From: a virus
DNA: 64,000 bases
Direction: 5' to 3' (one strand)
IMG/VR virus record: IMGVR_UViG_3300029361_000001
Positions within the stretch are counted from its first letter, which is position 1; each line of letters starts with the position of its first letter. The notes beneath the pieces were generated by a model. The model ran no database searches, had not been told where the DNA came from, and worked only from the letters and a program-made list of their open reading frames with translations. Position numbers and translations under genes: made by a program. Shown here in pieces: positions 30,301 to 38,757 of the stretch.

Positions 30301-30797
30301 TGAATGAGGTAGAGAAAACCAATATAAAACGTCTCAGTGTCTATGCCGGCACGTTCCTTACCATGCAGGCCGTATCTATGCTTCTTGCCGGATGGCGTGA
30401 TGATGATGAAAACGAAGAAAGTTGGCTTACTCAATTTGGATCCTATGTCGGATTCAGAACCATAAACGAAATAGCTTCACAGATGCCGTTTATTATGGAG
30501 CTTAACGTGGTAGATATCATTAACGATCCGTTCGTCATGGGACGGAAGCTGAAGGATCTTACCGATCTTAGGAACTACTCACTTGATAAGGTGACGTCCG
30601 GTACATACAAAGGAGAGTCTAAGTTATTTAGGCAACTCGCCAAACAGACGTTTATCAAACAATGGTATAACATCAAGACGCCGGAAGACGTAGCGCGCGC
30701 CTATAATTGGTGGCAGCGGACAAACAACAAGTCAATGATGTTCTTCATCGGCGCCACTCCTGATTCGGAAGGAGACGATGATGTTAGTTACAAATAG
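24375..30797 (+). CDS. Giant protein, 2140 aa. It is a putative virion-associated or ejected protein with long coiled-coil stretches.
   Basis: This is an uninterrupted 6.4 kb ORF. The candidate promoter motif TACCTTTG lies at 24343. I found no clear catalytic signature. The DxDGN motifs are not the RNA polymerase DxDGD motif. Confidence 0.65.
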   Translation: MTSTCIIKRDNKNKVVSVSTRSGDRSMLFDKIASIPLMENRERATTVFKTVFSNKFLKAFGDWRRNVPVNKQAYNKVKSNIGLIPESYRERVLDKASKMSNPILVSKSDAPYGIRESGFGFYSQDLGDNIMLVDAMVPSSISVPEGPGIDAGQYLQDAISSDFTPVSMVQDKGVNYMVIKDGLKIFSPEELPQTDSNPVGVTYHTGEPRLFFMNDRSQLFEDYGEALRSGGNDIRIGFLSGTVQESAVDGVADITYKAGKYVLNNPKSFIPVMTASASTSLSTKGGIINYLIKKGLLSGSKIFDPETRSYYLTGEGHTGQIRLFNSALSYTELRNHFGSDVSMNDQGMITISSLDNSKVTMRLATGGTERVSREQIKNDLKSGRYNELDAKYDHFDALVVSFILEDNDLYADTKAKIVSDYSRQERDQRNSIVEILKTLGVSVIGMTDYIEKYQTKYGHEPSAKALADIANNVIAVGEDATLSDLVEETAHFLVEAYRDQNAVEAVMQDVEGTEEWNQYAGQYYNTYGKVYEGAELDNAVRREILGKILAREMQAGTAQAPVEPTSFLGRVRQLFSGIVSWLKSALSTQRQDLNNVIKNIRDLAITDIDKGFDTSLLKDNDFTLYSLSSMNKNKFLESKIRSLRKTLRDLRQISSDRAVTTSMTLAQLKTIEDKINKVETEIDKNEMAAAMNSMISTAEAQVRYLSNVVNTIRHGDTKDGKLHFNTNDRKNVDIINNQVLPIMNDLRGYIRNRSTEFDEREKQDYTNRINTVIADINGIQSDIKSVQDLDESTLLDKLMNELHVPADKVKRVKEFFDKVQHDVSWISRWFGILEHSSSPFNNALGAMIAKDNYNAMVNAQPAISDFLAYAKKHGFNKSEFEKLLQKVDGKTSNYLRSALDMAKYDRNKKLAQMRAFATAMNIEISEEEIGDVVDNNRNYVFKREVVDKDGNTVTENAKFKPSSDRVNTDIFTIEQEKIYTEQMEKWDAENSELEFSGSYATRMESIYKKAEEELGHPVSQTTKEYLNALSRQKRILRQPFIDSGGNFDEVAYFKSSNYEEEGLLRKQRKEAASEYIYVGTRRVEKTGDQLKMAKEIQAINEVWRKESNNVTNAVSESFLQKLRTIQSESGGEAALKTLMLGGHLSFNDRFWNEVESEQSARTESNNKASYLKMAHDIISSTTSDRDATDVDSIVKDIEKNKAIIKEIIGNNRDVADIGEINEATFTSSERDAFRAASEAIEADYAILIDYAKMVGLEDIDKYLTKSSKAENEVNQSYLNALADSKEVEWKFVQRHTTAKKAKRIQALRDKLFKAADNRYLFTVSETNYLSEKLGISKELDGRDFRNAVNAKMASLFLNNTREEGIEETNAIVNEFARSQVFSYYKRMAPTGYAAMIDKIGRGEIDVAQMVKDVQNGTSTQDYGMDISYLSFDPARAWVAESEAENSGRNPDYVKDHGYGHRMPKKSLYRDESYFNDFGIKYDADGNEVATKNVEQWNMIQKLKEIKRQSLDLYKEQSPNLYAIPQISKQDIERMEGLGINFKNTVRNFVSDLCLDRVDDSLYGKTRQGEVYDPEDRLRSIPKYYIYELENQDDVSHDFGYSYSMLMMQSSLYNEKQKSIELAQGLEQMLLNKQFEGGKKAEATQAYQMFRDFFNDHYYGIRMNTKKLTVNIGGYTVDLTRIMMAVERFMSVMNLALSPFVAATGALTGHINLIMESAVGQYISKDSLKYASAEFSRLAPSCIAETGDIDRKSKLYVIGERMGIFNIRNRMYGAGYNRAARTLMCSPMYAFMEILNYPLNPQVMIATMDNVRYYKGRFYTFQDFKMEKERNKEQSTIKREWNALKDRTLWSMVDVVDGKVVVKPGSGVTVEEVETQMAITRNQVRSLSQICNGSLNEENRTAASRNWIARFMTAHRGWLVLAAQRLWKRRGFNFQTMQEEEGLSITLKNMIAKTFSLASESGMKNIIDAWNENKDNMNEVEKTNIKRLSVYAGTFLTMQAVSMLLAGWRDDDENEESWLTQFGSYVGFRTINEIASQMPFIMELNVVDIINDPFVMGRKLKDLTDLRNYSLDKVTSGTYKGESKLFRQLAKQTFIKQWYNIKTPEDVARAYNWWQRTNNKSMMFFIGATPDSEGDDDVSYK

Positions 30798-30923
30798 ACG
30801 AAGAATATCGGACTTGCATTGTTTTTGTATGATTCCAATATGTTATATTAGCATCGTCAAAGAGTAGATTGTACGTTTTTTGTTCTTACTTGAAAGATTA
30901 TGTAGGTTTAATTTTTTCTGAAA

Positions 30924-31277
30924 TTGTTTTCTTACCGGTTCTCAGTCAGAGATGATAGGGAACCGGTTTCTTTTATGTTGTCAATTATTGCTATCTTGCA
31001 AACAAAAATCATGAGACGAAGATTTCAAATAGGGATGGGGGTAAATCCCTCGCTTATAATCAATAAAGGCATATACATCCAACATGTAGATGGAGGATTA
31101 TATACAAAAGAAAATTGGTCTAATAAAGGATATTCCAATGATCTATGCAATGGAATAGCTCTTGTAGATAAAGTGTGTTTTGTTATAGCCACCGAATATA
31201 TTGGCACATTTCGTTGGGGTAAGGATGGAGAAATAGACAATATATTTGCATTTATAGGCCATTTGACCGGCCGGTAA
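30924..31277 (+). CDS. Possible small protein (up to 117 aa, more likely shorter, starting from an internal Met).
   Basis: This is the last plus-strand ORF before the convergent junction. The support is weak. Confidence 0.25.
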   Translation: MFSYRFSVRDDREPVSFMLSIIAILQTKIMRRRFQIGMGVNPSLIINKGIYIQHVDGGLYTKENWSNKGYSNDLCNGIALVDKVCFVIATEYIGTFRWGKDGEIDNIFAFIGHLTGR

Positions 31278-31325
31278 TCGTTATCGCAGTCGTCTTTTCT
31301 AATATAAAATCTTGCTCTGATCATG

Positions 31326-31634
31326 TTATTCCACTTTTTTTATTTCACTCAAATCGTTTTCAGACACCAAGTAAGATCTTTTTCCCGGTCTTCCTTCTTT
31401 ATTAGCTTTATGTATTGTAAATATAACTGCTCCAGTACTCATGATTTGCATGTTCTTAAAGAAACCAACAAGAGGTTCTTTCGAATGTTTGTAAAGAACG
31501 CTTACTTTATCCCCCTTCTTTAATCCATAAACAGAATCGAAATACTCCTTTTTAATTATTCTAATATTATTTTTATGTTTGTTTATTGCATCATACTCTG
31601 TGTCTAACAGTTGAATCATTTGTTCTTTTGTCAT
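31326..31634 (-). CDS. Hypothetical protein, 102 aa.
   Basis: The first gene of the minus-strand block. Confidence 0.4.
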   Translation of the reverse strand: MTKEQMIQLLDTEYDAINKHKNNIRIIKKEYFDSVYGLKKGDKVSVLYKHSKEPLVGFFKNMQIMSTGAVIFTIHKANKEGRPGKRSYLVSENDLSEIKKVE

Positions 31635-32188
31635 TTTTTTTCCTCCTTATTTAATGGTATTAATCCTTTCCCGTGCTTATCATACCACAGCATAGCTATA
31701 CAATTCCATGCGCATTGTGCAAGATGAAAACACCCTGTATCTGAATCTATTCTTTCTCCTTTCATGTATTCCATTAGGTGTCTGGCAGCCGCAGCACGAT
31801 ACCGTTCAAAGCCGTTATCAAGATTCTGCCAATTGTTAGGTCCGTACTTCTTTGCGCCAGCATGATAGACTCTTACAATGTCTTCAATCTCTTCCATAGG
31901 AAGTAAATCCCATCGTAGTTTGTCGTCTATGATGTCATTTTTCACCGATTTGTTTTCTATGGGGTCTTTGGTAAGAATAATACCCATAATATCCGTTTCT
32001 ATAACGAACGTCTCCCCATTGCAACAAACCTCAGCATATTTATCATTTACTTCTATGTCTGATACTGCCTCCGCTATAGCTCCTTTGGCGACTTTAAATT
32101 CGGCACTGATTATATCATCTTTCAATATGCGAAAAATAGATCCTTTTGGATAAAGGATATTTTTAGTATTATCATCCATCTTTTCCAT
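31631..32188 (-). CDS. Protein with a C-terminal domain resembling the phage dATP/dGTP diphosphohydrolase N-terminal fold.
   Basis: The basis is the pattern LLPMEEIEDIVRVYHAGAKKYGPNNWQN…RYRAAAARHLMEY…DSDTGCFHLAQCAWNCIAML, which matches LLP…GA.KY..NW…RHL…ESG..HLAH..N. I matched it from memory only. Confidence 0.35.
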   Translation of the reverse strand: MEKMDDNTKNILYPKGSIFRILKDDIISAEFKVAKGAIAEAVSDIEVNDKYAEVCCNGETFVIETDIMGIILTKDPIENKSVKNDIIDDKLRWDLLPMEEIEDIVRVYHAGAKKYGPNNWQNLDNGFERYRAAAARHLMEYMKGERIDSDTGCFHLAQCAWNCIAMLWYDKHGKGLIPLNKEEKK

Positions 32189-32240
32189 TGTTTTATCGTT
32201 GTTTTACCTCATTTCGATAGTAATATAATCCATCTTCGTC

Positions 32241-32528
32241 TTATACCCTATCATTTCTGTTTTTCTCAAAATACTGTCTTACGGCTTCAATCGCCTTATC
32301 GTCATCAAAAGCCTCTACAAACCCCTCATAGAATCTATTTCGCTCCATAGAGAACGTATTGCTTCCATCCGGAATGGTTCTGAACACAACTACCTTCTCT
32401 CCATCTACGTTCGTTCCTATGATGTTGTTATGGAGAATAATAGAATACCGCCCAGAGTTTTTGTTCTGGACGACACTATGTTCGAGATTGTAGAGTCTAA
32501 GTAGTTCTCTTATTTCTTTTACTCCCAT
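32241..32528 (-). CDS. Hypothetical protein, 95 aa.
   Basis: ORF. Confidence 0.4.
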   Translation of the reverse strand: MGVKEIRELLRLYNLEHSVVQNKNSGRYSIILHNNIIGTNVDGEKVVVFRTIPDGSNTFSMERNRFYEGFVEAFDDDKAIEAVRQYFEKNRNDRV

Positions 32529-32529
32529 A

Positions 32530-33327
32530 TTATTTTACGTTTTTAGAAGTTACAGCCTCTTCTCCCCATTTCTTTACATATATAGACCTCATCATGTTCA
32601 TTAAATTAGAGAAAGAAGAGATGGTTCCCATCTCTATGCAGAATGCAAGATTAGACTGTAGGGTTTCAAGTTCTTTCAACTGCTCCTGTGTAGCCCTATT
32701 TCTTATCATGCTTTCATGCTCATTAAATACAATCCAATTTAAACCTTTAGCCATCTTGGAGTAATCGGCATCCGGAAATCTTGATATAGCTCTTGATAAG
32801 ACATTGTATTTATCACCTGCCTCTATTCGGTTTAAGATAAGCTTATCTGTTAACCACGTAACAACCTCAGCATACAACATAGGGTTTAGTTCCATAGCTA
32901 CAAGCACCCATATATATGGATTACACATAGTTCTCCTATTCTCTCCTCTACCCATTGTCTTATAAGCTCCCATTTTTTTCATCACTTTTATAAGTGACTC
33001 TTTTTCAACAGATTGTATAAAACCAGGAAATCCTGATTCTATCTTATATCCTTGTTTTTCAAGGATATAGTAAACACGTTCCGCACTCTCCTTATTAGAT
33101 AGGATATTTTCTATTCTCTTTTCATTCCACCCCATCTCAACCCTCTTCTTCGTATAGGCTTCCTGAAGGTCTGTTAAGGACATAAACGAAGTTTTAGTGT
33201 CCTGCTTAATTATTACGCCAAATAATTCTCGGTCTTTTGATACCATTGTAACATTTGTTTTCATAAAATATAACACATAAAAAAAATAATACGATACAAA
33301 AATATGTATCGTATTATATCTATACAA
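32530..33327 (-). CDS. Putative KilA-N/APSES-type DNA-binding domain protein. The true start is probably an internal Met, about 33246-33264.
   Basis: The segment GRGENRRTMCNPYIWVLVAMELNPMLYAEVVTWL resembles the KilA-N signature (G..Y.HP.LA..FA.WLSPEF..WV). Confidence 0.35.
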   Translation of the reverse strand: MYRYNTIHIFVSYYFFYVLYFMKTNVTMVSKDRELFGVIIKQDTKTSFMSLTDLQEAYTKKRVEMGWNEKRIENILSNKESAERVYYILEKQGYKIESGFPGFIQSVEKESLIKVMKKMGAYKTMGRGENRRTMCNPYIWVLVAMELNPMLYAEVVTWLTDKLILNRIEAGDKYNVLSRAISRFPDADYSKMAKGLNWIVFNEHESMIRNRATQEQLKELETLQSNLAFCIEMGTISSFSNLMNMMRSIYVKKWGEEAVTSKNVK

Positions 33328-33363
33328 ATATATTGTGTTAAATTTTATGGTTGTATTTTTATA

Positions 33364-33726
33364 TTATGCGCCTATGGCTGCCTCTAAATTTCCTATAATA
33401 TCAGTTTCTATCTCATCGATTTTATCATCAATGGTTGAAACCGCATTCTCTAAATCCCCTACAATACTTTCCATATCATCAACAACCGCCTCCATATTAG
33501 CTACAGCCTCATCTGATTGATAATATCTTTCTGTATCTTGTAACGACTCCGGCATATTGTCTCTTGCTTCTGTCTCCTCGTCTAAAATCATATCAACATC
33601 ATCCTTGGCTGAATCCAGATTATGCCTGACCTCTGACAGCTTTGATTTGATAAACTCAAGATCTGTTTTATGCTTTTCCAAATTGGAAATAATATCCTCT
33701 ATTTTCTTACGTCTTTTGCTGTTCAT
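33364..33726 (-). CDS. Acidic coiled-coil protein, 120 aa.
   Basis: The ORF overlaps the helicase stop by 4 nt. Confidence 0.4.
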   Translation of the reverse strand: MNSKRRKKIEDIISNLEKHKTDLEFIKSKLSEVRHNLDSAKDDVDMILDEETEARDNMPESLQDTERYYQSDEAVANMEAVVDDMESIVGDLENAVSTIDDKIDEIETDIIGNLEAAIGA

Positions 33727-35153
33727 GCTTTTATCCTATTATAATATTCGATAATCTTTTCTTTCCTATCTCCCCGTTTTACTGCCATATTCTCAGCCAA
33801 GAACCTAAAATACGACACCGGTATGTCTTTGAATCTAATTCCTTCATATTTTCCAAACCACATTATTATGCTGTCAAGATCGTCCTCTCTCCTACCATCT
33901 CCATTTACGGATTTAAGAGAAGCTGCCCGGCGAAGTATTTCGTCTTTGGTAATAATATCTCCCATCCTTATATTGGACAGAAGTTGATCGCCGGCAAACA
34001 TACACCAGCCCTTAGAAGGGAATTGTTCGATTGTCAAGTCTTCTATCCGGCCGAAACGCCTCATGTTGTCGCAGCAATCAACTATCAGCGCCTCTTTCTT
34101 GTCAGGATGGATGCGGACGGCGCGGCCTAATATTTGGTAATAAGTTGAATATGAGAAAGTTGGGCGACCAAACATCACACAATCAAGTTCAGGAAAATCA
34201 AATCCGGTAGCAAGCGTTGAATAATTAAACACGACCTTTAACTTACCTTCTTTGAAATCGGATATGATTTGCTCTCTTTTCTTTTTGGTTGTTAGCGATG
34301 TTACGACACCGGTTATGGCTCCCATCCTGGCATTCATGAACTCTGATATTCTATTACATGATTCAATAGAATCCATACATACCAAAATAGCCTTCCTCTC
34401 GTTCATAAGCTGAAGAAGGCGTTTGTATATGGAGTTGTTTAAGCCATTTCGTACAATACTTTCTTTAATAGATTCGTTGGTGTATTCGGCTCCGGTACTG
34501 TTTAACATCAGAGCCGATTCATCAAACGACCATCGTTCGTACTTAAGTGGACACCAAAACCCTTGAGAGGTTAGTTCTTGTATTTGTGTTACGTGAACTA
34601 TCTCCTTAAAGAAATTACGCTCGTCTTTCGTCAGCATATTAAGTTTGCTGTAGTTCCCTTCCAGCATAGAACTGTAGGTCCGGAGGCGGCAGGGCGTGGC
34701 AGTGAAGCCCAGTACCTTCGCCTCTGGGAACTCGTTCATAAACTCCATAAATTCAGAACCTTCTTCTGGGGAATATCCTGAATGACATTCGTCTATCAAT
34801 AAGGTATCTATCCCTATATCCTTCAACCTCGCTATATCCTTCTTGATACTTTTCAATGTAGCATAAGTCATAGCTGACAGCTCCTTTACGCCACATGAAG
34901 CAGAATATATAGTAGGCTCAGAACCGAACGATATAGCTTTTGCATAATTTTGTTCCAGAATCTCTTTTGAAGGTTGCAACACTAATGTCGGTCTATTAAT
35001 CTCATGCGCTATCTTGGATATCAGGAGGCTCTTTCCACATCCACATGGAGCTACTATTATGCCGGGCTTTCTTGACCTCCCTGTAAGAAACTTAAGCCCG
35101 GCATCTACCGCCTCTTTTTGGTAAGGTCTAAGTTCAAAGCCCACTGCAATCAA
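33723..35153 (-). CDS. Superfamily 2 DExH-box helicase (ResIII/UvsW-like) with a C-terminal DUF3820-like tail.
   Basis: Motifs seen are RPYQKEAV (the Q motif), VAPCGCGKS (Walker A), LLIDECH (motif II) and a C-terminal WFGKYEGIRFKDIPVSYFRFLAEN matching the FGKYKG…IP..YL.WL.EN pattern. Confidence 0.75.
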   Translation of the reverse strand: MIAVGFELRPYQKEAVDAGLKFLTGRSRKPGIIVAPCGCGKSLLISKIAHEINRPTLVLQPSKEILEQNYAKAISFGSEPTIYSASCGVKELSAMTYATLKSIKKDIARLKDIGIDTLLIDECHSGYSPEEGSEFMEFMNEFPEAKVLGFTATPCRLRTYSSMLEGNYSKLNMLTKDERNFFKEIVHVTQIQELTSQGFWCPLKYERWSFDESALMLNSTGAEYTNESIKESIVRNGLNNSIYKRLLQLMNERKAILVCMDSIESCNRISEFMNARMGAITGVVTSLTTKKKREQIISDFKEGKLKVVFNYSTLATGFDFPELDCVMFGRPTFSYSTYYQILGRAVRIHPDKKEALIVDCCDNMRRFGRIEDLTIEQFPSKGWCMFAGDQLLSNIRMGDIITKDEILRRAASLKSVNGDGRREDDLDSIIMWFGKYEGIRFKDIPVSYFRFLAENMAVKRGDRKEKIIEYYNRIKA

Positions 35154-35532
35154 TATTATAATTTTGTGCGTAAAATCTTATTTCTTTTACCATTATTTTT
35201 CTTGCTATTTCTATATCGTCTTCATCCAAGCATATATTACATTCTACATAATCGGGATACGATATAGTATTTGCATCTCCTATCGTGTATGCGCAACAAT
35301 AATCAAACTCCGGCTCTTTAGCTACAGGAATAAAATCTTTATCATCCGCCTCGGATAAAGCGCAATACTCAGCTTCTGTTTCACACAATACAGTCAATTT
35401 TTCAACTTTTATAGTTAGATTATTATCTTCGTAATGACCACTATAAAGCCATAACTCCTTCCCCTTGTTTTTGTAGAAGTCATCCAGTCTTTCCTTGATA
35501 CTTTTCGCTTTTTTGATTTCAATCTTTTCCAT
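35134..35532 (-). CDS. Hypothetical protein, 132 aa, Cys-containing.
   Basis: ORF. Confidence 0.4.
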   Translation of the reverse strand: MEKIEIKKAKSIKERLDDFYKNKGKELWLYSGHYEDNNLTIKVEKLTVLCETEAEYCALSEADDKDFIPVAKEPEFDYCCAYTIGDANTISYPDYVECNICLDEDDIEIARKIMVKEIRFYAQNYNIDCSGL

Positions 35533-35543
35533 GACATTTTTTT

Positions 35544-35852
35544 TTAATTAGTTATTAAAATATATCTTTTAACAATATCTTCAAGCTCCATAGAAGATAA
35601 TAAAGTTGGGCTTTTTCCGTACTCGTACAGAGCGTACCCTTCCTTTATGTCTAATATCTTAATCACATGCTTGCCTCTTTCAAATGGATCCATGAAGTAA
35701 CCTTTGTATTCGTATCTTTGACCGACTTTTATCTTGTCGGTTTTCTTCTTCATCTTATACCGATCTATCGACCTGCTTATTTTTATAAGAGCCGTTACAA
35801 ACAGGTATGATAATAAAAAGACCGCTGCTCCTGCTATCAATGCTTCTTTCAT
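35544..35852 (-). CDS. Small membrane-anchored protein, 102 aa.
   Basis: It has an N-terminal hydrophobic helix (ALIAGAAVFLLSYLFVTALI). Confidence 0.4.
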   Translation of the reverse strand: MKEALIAGAAVFLLSYLFVTALIKISRSIDRYKMKKKTDKIKVGQRYEYKGYFMDPFERGKHVIKILDIKEGYALYEYGKSPTLLSSMELEDIVKRYILITN

Positions 35853-35855
35853 TAG

Positions 35856-36026
35856 ATTTCTTTTAAGTAGTTAAACCAAATAGCTTCAAGTTTCTCCTGG
35901 AACTCAAACGCCTTTTTAAAATTTCCGCACCGTACCGCCACGTTCCTCATCTCTTCAAGATATATGACTTCCGGATCTTGCCGGTATTTTGTTCTTAACT
36001 TTTGAACGTCCTCGTATTTCATCGAT
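35856..36026 (-). CDS. Possible 56 aa protein (MKYEDVQKLRTKYRQDPEVIYLEEMRNVAV…) filling the gap. It is below the cutoff of the ORF track.
   Basis: I translated the minus strand of the gap by hand. The ATG lies at 36024-36026 and the stop is about 35856. Confidence 0.3.
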
Positions 36027-37038
36027 TTATCTTTTTAGACGGATCCCAATCTGAAGAGAAAGGGCATTCGTTTTTGTTATGTAATCCAAAGTCACAATAA
36101 TAACACAGTGCCGACGGGCAGGGTAGCTTGTTTTGCGAAACAGGCTGGCTTAGGGTGGCACGCCGCTTGCTATACCTGGCTCCTTCTGCTCCCTGGATGT
36201 ACGCTTGAAATGATTTTACACTATTATCTTCAAAATCATACATTTTAGATAAAGTGTCATTTAGCATCTCTATAGATTTTGTTTTACGTTCCTCATCCAC
36301 CTTAACCTTTTGGTACTGCCTGGTTCTGGTAAAGAAATAGATGTTCATATCTGGTAGAACCCCACCATATTTTCTATAGATGTAAAACGAATATATAGGA
36401 TGCTGTAAATTCGTTTCCAACTTCTTAGAATCAAAAACCTTATTCCCTGATTTCCAATCTATGACATAATGGTGAATTACGTTCTTGCTCTTTATAGCCA
36501 GATGAAGGTCTACTGATCCTACTATGTACACATGGGTATGAATTACCCCATTTATGTCAACTGGCTTAGGAAGACGGTACGGCAGCACAAAATCTTCTTC
36601 GACTCCAACTATAGCGCCGTGTCTGATAAGTTTCTCACAAGGATTAAGATCACTATCAGCTATCATAAACCTATTGCCGTCTTTTTTAAACAGATCCACA
36701 ATCCAAGCAAGAAGCTCCCCAGATTGTTTCATGGCTATCATCATATTTTCCGGTGATTGCCAAGGTATGTCTTCTTGGTAAGCATAGTAACTTATTGCTT
36801 CTCCAAGGTCTTTGCCAGAAGGCTGCCTTCCGTTCTTGAAGAAGTATTCCAGTGTCTTATGAATAACCGTACCATAAGACGTAGCTTCTTGTTTTTCTGT
36901 AGACCTTTTGCCCTCTACGTAAGTCTTATACCATTTCATTGGACAAGTAAGAAACGTATCTATCTGGGAATAAGAAATGGCAAGACGTTTCACACCATTA
37001 AACTCCTTATATAGCAAATGCGTTTCCGGGACCATCAT
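36019..37038 (-). CDS. PD-(D/E)XK family exonuclease, Cas4/RecB-like.
   Basis: An N-terminal SYSQIDTFLTCPMKWY motif, an IDWKSG (D-x-K) motif and a C-terminal cysteine cluster CPSALCYYC…ECP together give the Cas4-like pattern of 1 + 3 Cys. Confidence 0.6.
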   Translation of the reverse strand: MMVPETHLLYKEFNGVKRLAISYSQIDTFLTCPMKWYKTYVEGKRSTEKQEATSYGTVIHKTLEYFFKNGRQPSGKDLGEAISYYAYQEDIPWQSPENMMIAMKQSGELLAWIVDLFKKDGNRFMIADSDLNPCEKLIRHGAIVGVEEDFVLPYRLPKPVDINGVIHTHVYIVGSVDLHLAIKSKNVIHHYVIDWKSGNKVFDSKKLETNLQHPIYSFYIYRKYGGVLPDMNIYFFTRTRQYQKVKVDEERKTKSIEMLNDTLSKMYDFEDNSVKSFQAYIQGAEGARYSKRRATLSQPVSQNKLPCPSALCYYCDFGLHNKNECPFSSDWDPSKKINR

Positions 37039-37394
37039 AAGCTATCGTCTTTAAATCCTTCTGGGTAATATACAACATATTTCTTGCCATCCTCCGGCGT
37101 CATGGCGAATTGCATGTAGTTATTACGATTACGATGTTTGCCATCCAATCCTCGTCTCCAATACAGTATCCCGTCTATATCCACATAAGATCGGCCTCGG
37201 TCGGCTCTAACTACGTCCGTGTGCAGCAGATACCCGTCGGAAGACACGATCCACACTTTATCCCCTTTGTTTAAATAGGATATTCTTTTTCTTACAACAA
37301 CCTTTTTCTTATTATCTAATGCAAATTCCTCATCAGTCATACTCTTCATCCTCCTCTTCTTCTGTTTCAAAATCAATTCCATAACACTGATCAT
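37035..37394 (-). CDS. Hypothetical basic protein, 119 aa.
   Basis: ORF. Confidence 0.4.
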   Translation of the reverse strand: MISVMELILKQKKRRMKSMTDEEFALDNKKKVVVRKRISYLNKGDKVWIVSSDGYLLHTDVVRADRGRSYVDIDGILYWRRGLDGKHRNRNNYMQFAMTPEDGKKYVVYYPEGFKDDSL

Positions 37395-37456
37395 AATGCT
37401 TGGTCAGTTCTTCTGGTTCTAAATCTTGTCCAAAATCCATGTTAAAAATATTGTAA

Positions 37457-38230
37457 TTAGTAAAGCACTGTCCCTGCCGGCAGGAAATCTATAAATGCTG
37501 CTTTTGCTTCTTCAATTAGGCCCAAGTGTAACCTTGGGCCATTAGCTACAGCCGTTTCTTTTTCCTTCTGTTGTACAGCAATCTTAATAGCACCCAGCTT
37601 TTCCTGTTCTTCGATATTAGCCTGTGCTTCGTTCAGAGCCTTGCTTTCAGCCTCTTTACCAAGATTCATGATGTAGCCGGCTTCATCTCTGATGTCACTG
37701 ATGTTAATGTTCAAAAGATAAAGACCCAATTTATTAAGTTCGTTATCAATGTTTTTTCTTGCCTTATCCAAAAACTCATCCCTATCAGAATTAAGTTTTT
37801 CGATTGTCATTTCGGCAATAATCAAACGCATCTGACCGTAAACGATGTCTGTAATAAGATTTTCAGTAGATTCGGTATCCATCCCCAAAAGTCTTTCTGC
37901 TGCATTTTGCATGATTTCAGGATTTGTACTGATAGCTACTGTAATAGTTGTAGGCACATCTACTCTAATATTCTGAGATGACAAAGCACCGGTAAGCCTA
38001 CAATCTATTTGCATAGGCTCCATAGATAAAATATCATAGCTTTGGATAATAGGCAACACGAATGCTGCTCCACCATGATATAATTTCGCCGATTTCTTCT
38101 CTCCACCTGTCTTACCATAAACGACCAAGACCTGATTAGGCTTACATCTACGATACCTTGATAAGACTCCGATGATTGTCAAAATAATCACTACAGCTAA
38201 GATGGCTGACACGTACATGATTGTTGTCAT
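37457..38230 (-). CDS. SPFH/band-7 (stomatin/prohibitin/flotillin-like) membrane protein.
   Basis: It has an N-terminal TM helix followed by a PHB-like core (VLVVYGKTGG…QIDCRLTG…IRVDVPTTITVAI…AEMTIEKLNSDRDEF…) and a C-terminal coiled coil. Confidence 0.65.
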   Translation of the reverse strand: MTTIMYVSAILAVVIILTIIGVLSRYRRCKPNQVLVVYGKTGGEKKSAKLYHGGAAFVLPIIQSYDILSMEPMQIDCRLTGALSSQNIRVDVPTTITVAISTNPEIMQNAAERLLGMDTESTENLITDIVYGQMRLIIAEMTIEKLNSDRDEFLDKARKNIDNELNKLGLYLLNINISDIRDEAGYIMNLGKEAESKALNEAQANIEEQEKLGAIKIAVQQKEKETAVANGPRLHLGLIEEAKAAFIDFLPAGTVLY

Positions 38231-38262
38231 AACTTTTAAAATTTAATTGTTGATAAAAAAAA

Positions 38263-38757
38263 TTAGATACTTAATTCTCCTTCTTCGTATTTTATATTCA
38301 CCTTGTCACCGTTTTTGTAAGTTTTTCCAGACAAGCATCTTACTCTCATTTGCTCCTGTCTTCCATTTTTCGAAATATTTACCATATAATGATTCTTCCC
38401 TGATCTAAACACTATCTCCACCTCTCTTTCATTTAAATCTTCCGGACATTCGTACACCATTTCTTGCTTTAACTTAAGAAGTAACTTATATACGTAAAAC
38501 AAAACGATAAAGAAAAACGACCCTATCACAACCCCTACTAAATGGGAACCCGAAAAGTAGGTAGTCCAGCTATATCCAAGAATAAAATGTGTTATGCCCT
38601 TGAATGATATGATGTCCGACAAAGACATACTTAGATCAGAAGCATCATCAATATCAATATCCGTATCCAGATCAGATCCTAATATCGACAACAAAAACTG
38701 TATAACAAAAGCAAATGACGCTATTAAAGCCATGCATAAAATTATGTCACTTCCCAT
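38263..38757 (-). CDS. NfeD-like membrane protein, the usual partner of an SPFH protein.
   Basis: It has two or three TM helices and a C-terminal beta-rich OB-like segment (EVEIVFRSGKNHYMVNISKNGRQEQMRVRCLSGKTYKNGDKVNIKYEEGELSI). It lies immediately downstream of the SPFH gene. Confidence 0.5.
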   Translation of the reverse strand: MGSDIILCMALIASFAFVIQFLLSILGSDLDTDIDIDDASDLSMSLSDIISFKGITHFILGYSWTTYFSGSHLVGVVIGSFFFIVLFYVYKLLLKLKQEMVYECPEDLNEREVEIVFRSGKNHYMVNISKNGRQEQMRVRCLSGKTYKNGDKVNIKYEEGELSI

